Source: a virus | DNA length: 40,640 nucleotides | Reading direction: 5' to 3' (one strand) | IMG/VR virus record: IMGVR_UViG_3300028025_000004 | Span: 1-40,640 of that record | Part shown: positions 33,265 through 40,640 of the stretch, in pieces | Layout: each line of letters starts with the position of its first letter | Position numbering within the stretch: position 1 is the stretch's first letter | Made by a program: the position numbers and the translations under genes | Notes under the pieces: model-generated | Databases searched by the model: none | What the model saw: only the letters and a program-made list of their open reading frames with translations | What the model was told of the DNA's origin: nothing

Positions 33265-33630
33265 ATGGCTCACTTTGCAAAAGCTTTGAATGGAATTGTG
33301 CAGCAGGTAATTGTTGCTGAGCCTGAGTTTTTTAACACGTTTGTAGACTCCTCTCCAGGAACTTGGCTGCAAACCAGCTACAATACCAGGGGCGGAGTTC
33401 ATTATGGGAATGATGGCGAGCCTGATGGTGGTGTAGCGTTTCGTGCTAATTATGCTGGCATTGGGCACACATACGACCAACAGAACGACGTCTTTTACGC
33501 TCCTCAGCCGTTTCCTTCGTGGACAATCTCTGCGCCTGACTGGCTATGGAAAGCTCCTGTTGAGATGCCACAGGACGGAAAGCAATATAGCTGGGACGAG
33601 GCAGCACTGAACTGGGTTGAACTGATCTAA
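33265..33630 (+). CDS. Hypothetical protein (121 aa), possible fibre accessory protein
   Basis: ORF between the two fibre paralogs. Its N-terminal pattern NGIVQQVIVAEPEFF recurs in the 58-aa ORF at 34826 (NIVENVIIWD). Confidence 0.5.
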   Translation: MAHFAKALNGIVQQVIVAEPEFFNTFVDSSPGTWLQTSYNTRGGVHYGNDGEPDGGVAFRANYAGIGHTYDQQNDVFYAPQPFPSWTISAPDWLWKAPVEMPQDGKQYSWDEAALNWVELI

Positions 33631-33632
33631 TT

Positions 33633-34823
33633 ATGGCTGACATTAAAATCTCAGAACTGCCAGTGGCAACGGTTGTCAATGACGCCGATGTGTTTGTGAT
33701 CAACCAGGGCACAACCACAAAGCAGGCTACCCGCGCACTTGTAAACGGCAACACGGTGGTCAGCATCAGCGGTGGTGCAACTGGACTGCTTCCCAACACG
33801 GCTACTTCTGGTGCCGTGGAGTTGTCTGGTACGCTTGTGGCCGCAAGCGGTGGCACTGGTCAGTCTAGCTACACAGATGGACAGCTTTTGATTGGCAACA
33901 CGGCTGGCGGGCTTACCAAGGCTACGTTGACTGCTGGCAGCAATGTCACGATCACGAACGGAAATGGCAGCATCTCGATTGCCTCCACGGCAACTCCTGC
34001 AACGCCTACGAATGTGCAGGTGTTTACTTCAAGTGGCACTTGGACAAAGCCTGCTGGGGCGAGGTCTGTTGAGGTTTATGTAATCGGCGGCGGCGCGGGA
34101 GGTGGCTCTGGCTGTTCTTCGCCAAGCGGAACTGCTGCTGGTGGCGGCACTGGAGGCGGAGGCGGTGGAAGAACTTTTGTAGCAATTGATGCTTCTTTTT
34201 TGGGAGCAACTGAAACTGTCACCGTTGGAGCTGCTGGAAATGGCGGAGCACTCGTATTGGCAAATGGGGGGAACGGAAACGCCGGAACAGCAGCAGGTGC
34301 TAGTTCATTGGGCCTTTGGGTATACGCAGGCGGTGGGAATCAAGGATCAGGTGGAACATCTACAACAACTCCAATTCCTCCAGCAGGAGGTGGATCTACT
34401 CGCGCGCTTTTTGTTGGAGGCAGTGGTGGGGCGATTGCAAACTCTGGCGGAGTTCAAACATTTGGAAATGGAGGAGGTGGGTCCAATGCAACTTCTGGAT
34501 GCGGAGGAGGTGCTGGAGGAGGCGTCAATGCCGGTGGAACAGTTGCAAACGGAGGAGTTGGAGGATTCCAATACATTTACAACGGAGCGTTGGCCGGTGG
34601 CACTCCTGTGGGGCAGAATGGCTTTTCCGTACCAACCAACCTTCCTTATGGAGGCAGCGGTGGAGGTGGAGGAAATGCCAGTAAGACAGTCGCAGCAATG
34701 TCTGGAGGCAATGGAGGTCTTTATGGAGCCGGTGGTGGTGGAGGTGGAGCGGGACAAGGATTTGATAGCGGCGCTGGTGGGTCTGGTGCGCAAGGAATTG
34801 TTGTTGTGACAACCTACTTCTAA
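33633..34823 (+). CDS. Second tail fibre-like protein (paralog of 30721..33261 without the long repeat array)
   Basis: Shares the N-terminal KISELPVATVVNDADVFVINQGTTTKQ, the GGTGQSSYTDGQLLIGNTAGGLTKATLTAGSNVTITNGNGSISIA block, and the Gly-rich C-terminal domain ending GAQGIVVVTTYF. Confidence 0.7.
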   Translation: MADIKISELPVATVVNDADVFVINQGTTTKQATRALVNGNTVVSISGGATGLLPNTATSGAVELSGTLVAASGGTGQSSYTDGQLLIGNTAGGLTKATLTAGSNVTITNGNGSISIASTATPATPTNVQVFTSSGTWTKPAGARSVEVYVIGGGAGGGSGCSSPSGTAAGGGTGGGGGGRTFVAIDASFLGATETVTVGAAGNGGALVLANGGNGNAGTAAGASSLGLWVYAGGGNQGSGGTSTTTPIPPAGGGSTRALFVGGSGGAIANSGGVQTFGNGGGGSNATSGCGGGAGGGVNAGGTVANGGVGGFQYIYNGALAGGTPVGQNGFSVPTNLPYGGSGGGGGNASKTVAAMSGGNGGLYGAGGGGGGAGQGFDSGAGGSGAQGIVVVTTYF

Positions 34824-34825
34824 TC

Positions 34826-35002
34826 ATGCAATACGCAGTAATTAGCTCTGAAACTAACATCGTGGAGAACGTCATTATCTGGGATGGCGTGACTCCTTGG
34901 ACTCCTCCTCCTGGCTATTATGTTGAGCCGATCGGAAACTCTGGCGCAGGTATTGGCTGGAGCTACATTGACGGCCAATTTGTGCCTCCTCAAGATGCCT
35001 AA
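34826..35002 (+). CDS. Hypothetical protein (58 aa)
   Basis: Hand-translated: MQYAVISSETNIVENVIIWDGVTPWTPPPGYYVEPIGNSGAGIGWSYIDGQFVPPQDA. Below the track length cutoff. Confidence 0.4.
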   Translation: MQYAVISSETNIVENVIIWDGVTPWTPPPGYYVEPIGNSGAGIGWSYIDGQFVPPQDA

Positions 35003-35267
35003 AAAACAGGTCAACCTCTCAGTTAAAAAGGGCGAGAAGTTGCCTGTATCCAAGGGTGCTGGGCTCACTGCTAAAGGCAGGGCCAAGTACAACAAGGAGA
35101 CTGGCAGTAACCTCAAGGCTCCTGCTCCAAACCCAAAGACCAAGGCTGACGCTGCTCGCAAAAAGAGCTTCTGCGCTCGCATGAGCGGAATGCCGGGGCC
35201 GATGAAGGATGAGAAGGGTAACCCAACGCGCAAAGCCGCCTCACTTAAACGCTGGAACTGCCGATGA
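34995..35267 (+). CDS. Hypothetical basic protein (90 aa)
   Basis: Internal ATG of track ORF 34920..35267. The GLTAKGRAKYNKETGSNLKAP ... KKSFCARMSGMPGPMKDEKGNPTRKAASLKRWNC pattern looks like a conserved phage family from recall. Confidence 0.45.
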   Translation: MPKKQVNLSVKKGEKLPVSKGAGLTAKGRAKYNKETGSNLKAPAPNPKTKADAARKKSFCARMSGMPGPMKDEKGNPTRKAASLKRWNCR

Positions 35268-35410
35268 AAAAAGGACTTTACGCCAACATCCACGCCAAGC
35301 GTGAGCGCATTGCTGACGGCAGCGGAGAGAAGATGCGCAAGCCGGGGAGCAAGGGCGCTCCAACGGCAAAAGCATTCAAGCAATCCGCAAAAACAGCCAA
35401 GAAGCGATAG
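35264..35410 (+). CDS. Small basic protein (48 aa)
   Basis: Hand-translated: MKKGLYANIHAKRERIADGSGEKMRKPGSKGAPTAKAFKQSAKTAKKR. ATGA overlap with the upstream gene. Confidence 0.4.
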   Translation: MKKGLYANIHAKRERIADGSGEKMRKPGSKGAPTAKAFKQSAKTAKKR

Positions 35411-35412
35411 CC

Positions 35413-35577
35413 ATGGAAAAGTTCATTGCACACATTCTCGATCAGGTGGCCGGCCAGGGCTTGTCCATGGCTTTCACGATCATCGCCGTGTACTATCTGT
35501 ACGGGAAAATTAAGGATTGTGAAGCTGACCGTAAAGCACTTTGGGAGCGACTAATTGAACACACTGAACAAAAATGA
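35413..35577 (+). CDS. Holin-like small membrane protein (54 aa, one TM segment)
   Basis: Hand-translated: MEKFIAHILDQVAGQGLSMAFTIIAVYYLYGKIKDCEADRKALWERLIEHTEQK. It lies just upstream of the endolysin. Confidence 0.45.
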   Translation: MEKFIAHILDQVAGQGLSMAFTIIAVYYLYGKIKDCEADRKALWERLIEHTEQK

Positions 35578-35744
35578 GCATCCTTAAAACCTACCTACGG
35601 CAACCATCAACCTGGCTTGGCCTCGCTAAAATTGGAGCTGCTGCTGGCATCTATTCCACCGGAGTTGGTAACTCTGTCGCAACTGCTATTGTCAGCATTT
35701 TTGGCTTGGTGGACGTCATTCGCAATGAGCGCCAATCAAAGTAA
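35574..35744 (+). CDS. Second holin/antiholin-like membrane protein (56 aa)
   Basis: Hand-translated: MSILKTYLRQPSTWLGLAKIGAAAGIYSTGVGNSVATAIVSIFGLVDVIRNERQSK. ATGA overlap with the upstream ORF, and its end overlaps the endolysin start. Confidence 0.4.
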   Translation: MSILKTYLRQPSTWLGLAKIGAAAGIYSTGVGNSVATAIVSIFGLVDVIRNERQSK

Positions 35745-36267
35745 CCCCAACTTTGAACGCGCACTGAAGTTCGTTCTTAACGCCGAGGGTGGATTCTTTA
35801 ACCACCCGCATGACACAGGCGGCAAGACCAACAAGGGAATCATCCAACGGGTATACGACAAGTATCGCGATGACAAGCAGGAAGACCGGCGTTGCGTGTC
35901 TGAGATCACTGACGAAGAGGTTGAGGACATTTACTACAACGAGTACTGGGTGCCTGGAAAGTGCTACAAGTTTCCGTGGCCACTGTACGCAGTTCACTTT
36001 GATGGCTGCGTGAACACTGGTGTAGGCCAGGCTGGCAAGTTCCTGCAGCGAGCTGTAGGCACCAATGCTGATGGCACTATCGGACCAAAGACGATCATTG
36101 CTTACGAGGCCAAGGTGGAAGAAGTGGGTGTGGATGCCATCGTCAAAGACATTCTTGAGCAGCGCAAAGGCTTCTATGACTTGCTGGTCTACAAGAATCC
36201 AACACAGAAGTCTTTCATTAAAGGCTGGAATAATCGGCTGAATAACCTTAAGGAGTACATCGCATGA
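35725..36267 (+). CDS. Endolysin: GH108-type lysozyme domain plus a PG_binding_3-type C-terminal domain
   Basis: FERALKFVLNAEGGFFNHPHDTGGKTNKGI is the GH108 signature. CVNTGVGQAGKFLQRAVGTNADGTIGPKT is the peptidoglycan-binding signature. I take the start at ATG 35725. Confidence 0.8.
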   Translation: MSANQSNPNFERALKFVLNAEGGFFNHPHDTGGKTNKGIIQRVYDKYRDDKQEDRRCVSEITDEEVEDIYYNEYWVPGKCYKFPWPLYAVHFDGCVNTGVGQAGKFLQRAVGTNADGTIGPKTIIAYEAKVEEVGVDAIVKDILEQRKGFYDLLVYKNPTQKSFIKGWNNRLNNLKEYIA

Positions 36268-36506
36268 GCAAGCTCACTATCGCAATCGGTTCACTTTTGG
36301 GCGGAGGGGGCAAGGAATACTGCCCTGACTGTGGCTGCGACATGAAGTCCAACGGCACCTGTCCTGACTGTGGCTACGGCGAGGAAGAGGATGAGGGTGA
36401 AGAAGAAGGCGAAGAAGAGGGTATGGACATGCAGGTTATCATGGACATCCGTGATGACCTTCAGAAGCTAGTTGAGAAACTTGGTCGTCTTATCTCCAAG
36501 GACTAA
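36264..36506 (+). CDS. Small protein with a CPDCG...CPDCG zinc-ribbon-like pair and a poly-acidic tract
   Basis: ORF with ATGA overlap to the endolysin. Sequence: CPDCGCDMKSNGTCPDCGYGEEEDEGEEEGEEEG. Confidence 0.5.
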   Translation: MSKLTIAIGSLLGGGGKEYCPDCGCDMKSNGTCPDCGYGEEEDEGEEEGEEEGMDMQVIMDIRDDLQKLVEKLGRLISKD

Positions 36507-38710
36507 TGGCTGAAGACAGTCAGATTACAGTAGACTCCGATAACAACTTTATCGGGTTCTCCTCACGTCTTGATCCGTCCAACTTAAAGCCAGGCTTCTC
36601 GCAGTCCTCAAACAACATGAGGCTGCAACGTGGCACTGCGCAGCCGCGGAAGGGCTGCGAGCGGCTCACTGACGACGCTCTAAACTCGAACATGCAGTCT
36701 GGGTCTGGCTACTATGTGAACTCAGTAGGCCAAGATAATGTGGTGATGATGTTCCATGATGGCATCGTCCTGTACAACACACAGACCAACACGTTCTCGC
36801 AGAAGTACACGTTTCCAACTGGAAGGTTTTTGCCGATTGGGCAAACAACAAAGCAGACCTATTCGGTTTCAACTTATACTGTTGGTCCAGTAACTCACTA
36901 CACAGCATTTGCCATTGTTCCGACAACAATAGGCATAAACATTGGTGATCCTATTACCATAGGTTTTACAACCACAGATGCTCAATTAACGTACAGAGAT
37001 TTTACCGTTAAAAACTTAACGGATAACAACATTGTATTTTATGACGAGACGTCTAACCCATTTCCGTTTTATTTTAACTTTAACATCTCATTAACGGTTA
37101 ATTCGTTTTCGTTTGAGCCTGAAATGGTTCAAGCACTGAATAACCTGTACATTTTTAGGGGAGATGCTGGGCCAGAAATTGTTGCTACCCTGTCAAATCC
37201 ATCTGTAAGTAACGGAAATACAATAACTGTGACGATGACCACAGCAACGCCACATGGCTTGCGTGTTGGTTCAGAGGTAAACATTATTGATACAAGTACC
37301 TATCCATACGCACACGCATATTGGTACAAAAATGTAATTGTAACAGCAGTGTTGAGTACAACTCAGTTTACTTGGTCATTTACCAACACAACTGGATCAA
37401 CAATTGGAGCCCACACAAATTTAGCCGGCTTTAAGGTGCAGCAAGCCAATCCTCCGCTTGTGTGGGATGGAGTGTCAACTGCACTCACCTTTATTGACCA
37501 GACCGGAGTAAATGCGCAGGGCACCTATCCGCTGCCACCTGCGGAGTTTGGTCTGTACTTTCAGAATAGGATAGTCATTAAGACTGCTGACACGGAGATT
37601 ATTGCCACTGACATTCTCAGTGACCGATATGATCCGCTGAACACGTTCACAATCAACCAAGGTGGCAACGACAAGATTGTTGGCGTGCTCCCATGGATTG
37701 AGAATCAGTTCTTGGTCTTCATGTCCAAGTCTATTTATATTGCCTACATTGATCCGCGGTTTGATCCTACCGCTCCAGATCAAAGTCAGATCACAGTGGT
37801 AACCACAGAAGTGGGCTGCCTGGCCCGGCACAGCATTGTTCCTGCCGGTCAGTTTGTGTTCTTCTTTAGTGGCAAGGGAATACACATGATCACGCCACAG
37901 CTTGATCTAAAGCTGCTTGGCAACACGATGCCGCTTAGTGAGCCTATTGATGATTACTTTGATGGCGTAAACTTTGATTACGCAAAAAAGGTAACGGCAG
38001 TATATTTTGATAACCGATTCTTTATTGCGTTCCCAGTTAATGGGTCTCTGTTTAACAACTCAATTTTAGTGTACAACACACTAAATCAGGCATGGGAGAG
38101 CATAGACACCTATCCAGAAGGAATGTCTATCGACAACTTTGTGCCGGCATTTTACAACAACAAGCGCAGGTTGTTTATTGTCTCAAACATTGGGATGCCA
38201 GTAAATGTTTTGGTAACTCCATTTGGATCAACCACTCCAGTAAACGTACTTTACGGCAAATACGGTGGCATCTTCTTAGCAGAAGAGCTTGAGGGAGGAG
38301 ACGAGTTTATTGGGATTATTGGGACTCCGCTGCTGCCATTTGAGTTGCCTGCCACACTAAGCGCATCGTCATACGTTTCTGTGCCTGTAGCTGCCAGTAT
38401 CCGCTCTAGGGAATACACGTTTGACACTCAGATGACAAAGCGGTTTAGCCGGGCAGAGTTTAACTTTAACAACACTGCTGGAGATGACGTGTCCATTTAC
38501 ACAACTGTTCACGATCCAGACGCAACAGAAGAAATACTGCGGTACGTTTTTACTGGATCGGCGCAAATTGACGGGACAATAAGACCGCGCATTGCCATGA
38601 AGGGAGTTGGCATTGATGTTGAGGTTGTGTTCAACAAAGGAAGACCAGCATTGAAGGGCACAAGCATCTATGCTATCAACTCCAACAGAGGAATGATTAC
38701 CGAAGAATAA
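36506..38710 (+). CDS. Large tail structural protein (734 aa; tail tubular/nozzle-type by size and position)
   Basis: Long ORF preceding the tail-collar fibre and internal virion proteins. No motif recognised. Confidence 0.55.
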   Translation: MAEDSQITVDSDNNFIGFSSRLDPSNLKPGFSQSSNNMRLQRGTAQPRKGCERLTDDALNSNMQSGSGYYVNSVGQDNVVMMFHDGIVLYNTQTNTFSQKYTFPTGRFLPIGQTTKQTYSVSTYTVGPVTHYTAFAIVPTTIGINIGDPITIGFTTTDAQLTYRDFTVKNLTDNNIVFYDETSNPFPFYFNFNISLTVNSFSFEPEMVQALNNLYIFRGDAGPEIVATLSNPSVSNGNTITVTMTTATPHGLRVGSEVNIIDTSTYPYAHAYWYKNVIVTAVLSTTQFTWSFTNTTGSTIGAHTNLAGFKVQQANPPLVWDGVSTALTFIDQTGVNAQGTYPLPPAEFGLYFQNRIVIKTADTEIIATDILSDRYDPLNTFTINQGGNDKIVGVLPWIENQFLVFMSKSIYIAYIDPRFDPTAPDQSQITVVTTEVGCLARHSIVPAGQFVFFFSGKGIHMITPQLDLKLLGNTMPLSEPIDDYFDGVNFDYAKKVTAVYFDNRFFIAFPVNGSLFNNSILVYNTLNQAWESIDTYPEGMSIDNFVPAFYNNKRRLFIVSNIGMPVNVLVTPFGSTTPVNVLYGKYGGIFLAEELEGGDEFIGIIGTPLLPFELPATLSASSYVSVPVAASIRSREYTFDTQMTKRFSRAEFNFNNTAGDDVSIYTTVHDPDATEEILRYVFTGSAQIDGTIRPRIAMKGVGIDVEVVFNKGRPALKGTSIYAINSNRGMITEE

Positions 38711-38711
38711 T

Positions 38712-39695
38712 ATGGCACAAATTCAAGCAGGAGTAACTTACGCGACTGGTGCTCAGGTAACTGCTACCAATCTAAACGCGCACGTCAACAATGCGGTGCT
38801 TGTGCCTGGTGCCATCAGTGATCAGACGGCTGCATCTTCATCCACTTCGGCTGACAGTGTGCTCTTGCTTCAGGGTGGTGTGCTCAAGAAGGCAACTCTT
38901 GCTCAGCTTCAGGGTGGCGTTGCGCCTGATGTTGCCAATTACGTTCAGAGGAATGGCAGTGTTGCCATGACCGGCGAGTTGACCTTGTCTAGCTCGACTC
39001 CGGTGAATGCCTTGTCAGCGGCTTCTAAGGGATACGTTGATACTGGGCTGGCAACTAAACAGACATCCTTGGGCTTTACGCCAGTGAATAAAGCTGGCGA
39101 CACAGGTGTAGGCCCGTTGGCTTTGGCTGCCGATCCTGTCAGTGCGCTTCAGGTTACCACAAAGCAATACGTTGACACTGCCATTAACACTGCTGTTGCA
39201 CCAAAGGCTAACTTGGCTGGAGCTACATTTACTGGAGCGGTGACACTACAGGCTGATCCGTCAGTGGCACTGGGCGCAGCTACCAAGCAGTATGTCGATA
39301 CTCAGGCATCTGCTTCTAATCTGCCTGCTGGTGCCATCATGGCGTTTTATCGCAACGCTGCTCCAACTGGCTGGCTGGAGTGCAACGGACAGAGTGCTGC
39401 TGCGTATCCTAATCTTGTTGCGTTAGGCATCGTCACTGTGCCTGACCTTCGTGGCGAATTTGTCCGCGGCTGGGACAATAGCAGGGGAATTGACCCAGGC
39501 CGTGCGCTTGCTTCTACTCAGCTTGACGAGTTTAAGAGCCATACCCATCAGGCTAAAGGAATATACAATCTTATTGGAGCAAGTAACGGATTTAACTGGG
39601 ATGGAGCAAGTAATGGCACAGCAACAACGCTGGCTACCGGTGGCACCGAAACACGCCCGCGCAACGTGGCGCTGATGTACTGCATCAAGACGTAA
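38712..39695 (+). CDS. Tail fibre protein with a C-terminal phage tail-collar domain
   Basis: Repeated (A)TKQYVD motifs, and a C-terminal LPAGAIMAFYRNAAPTGWLECNGQ ... YPNLVALGIVTVPDLRGEFVRGWDN collar signature. Confidence 0.75.
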   Translation: MAQIQAGVTYATGAQVTATNLNAHVNNAVLVPGAISDQTAASSSTSADSVLLLQGGVLKKATLAQLQGGVAPDVANYVQRNGSVAMTGELTLSSSTPVNALSAASKGYVDTGLATKQTSLGFTPVNKAGDTGVGPLALAADPVSALQVTTKQYVDTAINTAVAPKANLAGATFTGAVTLQADPSVALGAATKQYVDTQASASNLPAGAIMAFYRNAAPTGWLECNGQSAAAYPNLVALGIVTVPDLRGEFVRGWDNSRGIDPGRALASTQLDEFKSHTHQAKGIYNLIGASNGFNWDGASNGTATTLATGGTETRPRNVALMYCIKT

Positions 39696-40105
39696 TGAAA
39701 GCTCTTACGCCTAATCTGTGGGATAAGATAGTTGAGGCGTTTTACCAAAAGTCACTCAACCACCTAAACATGGTTGGGCACGCAACAAAAAGCGAAGTTG
39801 AAAATTACCTGTCATTTTACGGAGTCCACAACTCCATTTACTGGAGCGAACAGGATGGAGAGATCCGTGGAGTTTCAACAGCACATCCAGGCAAACGGGA
39901 TTTTGATTGGAATTGGTCAGATGAAAATGGAATATGGACTGCTCATGTAGTGTGGGCAGATAACGTAAAAGCTCACGCTGACGTGCTAAAACAATTTCTG
40001 CAAACCAAGCATCCAGTCAAAGAACTTTACACTTGGAGAAAAGAGCAACCAGTTCCATTAACTGTTAAAAAGTTAGAAAGGATTTTGTCTTATGGGCGGC
40101 GGTAA
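39695..40105 (+). CDS. Hypothetical protein (136 aa)
   Basis: ORF whose start overlaps the upstream stop. Confidence 0.5.
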   Translation: MKALTPNLWDKIVEAFYQKSLNHLNMVGHATKSEVENYLSFYGVHNSIYWSEQDGEIRGVSTAHPGKRDFDWNWSDENGIWTAHVVWADNVKAHADVLKQFLQTKHPVKELYTWRKEQPVPLTVKKLERILSYGRR

Positions 40106-40640
40106 AACAACCATTCAAGCACCAGCGGCTCCTAATTATCAGGAGTCGATGCGAAGCATTCTTGAGGCGCAGGTCGCAATGGCTCCTCAAGTGTACGCTC
40201 GGGAAGCTGAATACCAGCCCAAGTACGCTGAGCTTCAGGCCCAACAGCAAGCCTACCTTGGCGATCAGGCGCTCAAACAGGCAGCGCAGATGTATCCGCA
40301 GGTGGCTCAGATTGAGTCTGCCTACACTGCTGCTAATCGCGCTGCTGAACTTGAGCAACTCCAGAAGACGCTACCTCAGTATCAACAGGCTTTTGCCGCA
40401 CTGACGCCCGGCTATCAGGAAGCCCTTGGATCTGCCGGCCAGTTGGCGCAGCAGTCTTTTGCTAAGGCACTACAGACTCCTCAGTTGACGGCATTCGAGC
40501 AGGGCGTTGGTGGCCCCCAGATGCAATCTGGCCTGAACCGCATCAATCAGGGGATCGTTAATCAATATGTCAACACGATGCCAGGCATGGGTGATTATGC
40601 CAACTTTTTGGCAGAGAGTAGCCGGCGTGAACTAGAGGCT
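40092..40640 (+). CDS. 5' part of the junction-spanning Gln/Ala-rich internal virion-type protein (continues at bases 128..985 once the repeat is collapsed)
   Basis: ATG at 40092 (MGGGKTTIQAPAAPNYQESMRSILEAQ...). The frame stays open to the window end and reads ...GVGGPQMQSGLNRINQG, identical to the start of ORF 8..985. Confidence 0.6.
   Translation, partial: MGGGKTTIQAPAAPNYQESMRSILEAQVAMAPQVYAREAEYQPKYAELQAQQQAYLGDQALKQAAQMYPQVAQIESAYTAANRAAELEQLQKTLPQYQQAFAALTPGYQEALGSAGQLAQQSFAKALQTPQLTAFEQGVGGPQMQSGLNRINQGIVNQYVNTMPGMGDYANFLAESSRRELEA
40514..40640. repeat. Second copy of the 127-bp terminal repeat
   Basis: Identical to bases 1-127. Confidence 0.95.

Noticed and set aside
32681-34875. 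Numerous long ORFs on both strands and in alternative frames within the Gly-rich parts of the fibre genes (e.g. 32681..33091 -, 32802..33095 +, 34186..34809 +, 34316..34684 +, 34347..34793 -, 34525..34875 -).
   Set aside because: They are by-products of GGN/GCN low-complexity repeats, giving W/R/C/Q/L-rich nonsense products. They fully overlap two fibre genes that have clear paralogous conservation with each other.

Overview
The window is a complete, circularly closed dsDNA phage genome. Bases 1-127 are identical to 40514-40640, so the unique length is 40,513 bp, and one gene runs across the junction (40092..40640 continuing to 985). All family calls come from motifs I recognised by eye in the supplied translations; no database search was run.

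Layout:
- A long plus-strand morphogenesis/lysis block runs from about 21481 across the junction to 7361. It holds large terminase, portal, scaffold, major capsid, two paralogous repeat-rich/Gly-rich tail fibres, a holin-like pair, a GH108-type endolysin, a 734-aa tail protein, a tail-collar fibre, and four internal-virion-type proteins including a 1564-aa giant.
- A plus-strand replication/nucleotide block covers 7351-19483. It holds an SSB-like protein, a PD-(D/E)XK resolvase-like nuclease, a DnaB-family helicase, a dNMP-kinase-like protein, a RecE-type PD-(D/E)XK exonuclease, HTH proteins, a C5-methyltransferase, and a metallophosphoesterase.
- Two minus-strand islands interrupt this.
- I recognised no DNA polymerase, primase, RNA polymerase, integrase or tRNA.

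Most interesting observations:
1. A translationally coupled YcaO + TfuA pair (the peptide-backbone thioamidation enzyme pair) sits wedged antisense into the phage early region, with no recognisable precursor gene.
2. The DnaB helicase is split just after the Walker A helix into two separately translated ORFs, separated by a 2.4-kb, seven-gene co-oriented cassette.
3. An HNH endonuclease module is encoded out of frame inside a C5-methyltransferase ORF that lacks its central motifs.
4. A minus-strand operon encodes tiny hydrophobic peptides (21, 27 and 58 aa). It is bounded by a bidirectional terminator and followed by about 0.7 kb of ORF-poor, repeat-bearing DNA.
5. A 454-nt highly structured, GCTACC/GGTAGC-rich non-coding leader lies directly upstream of the terminase gene.
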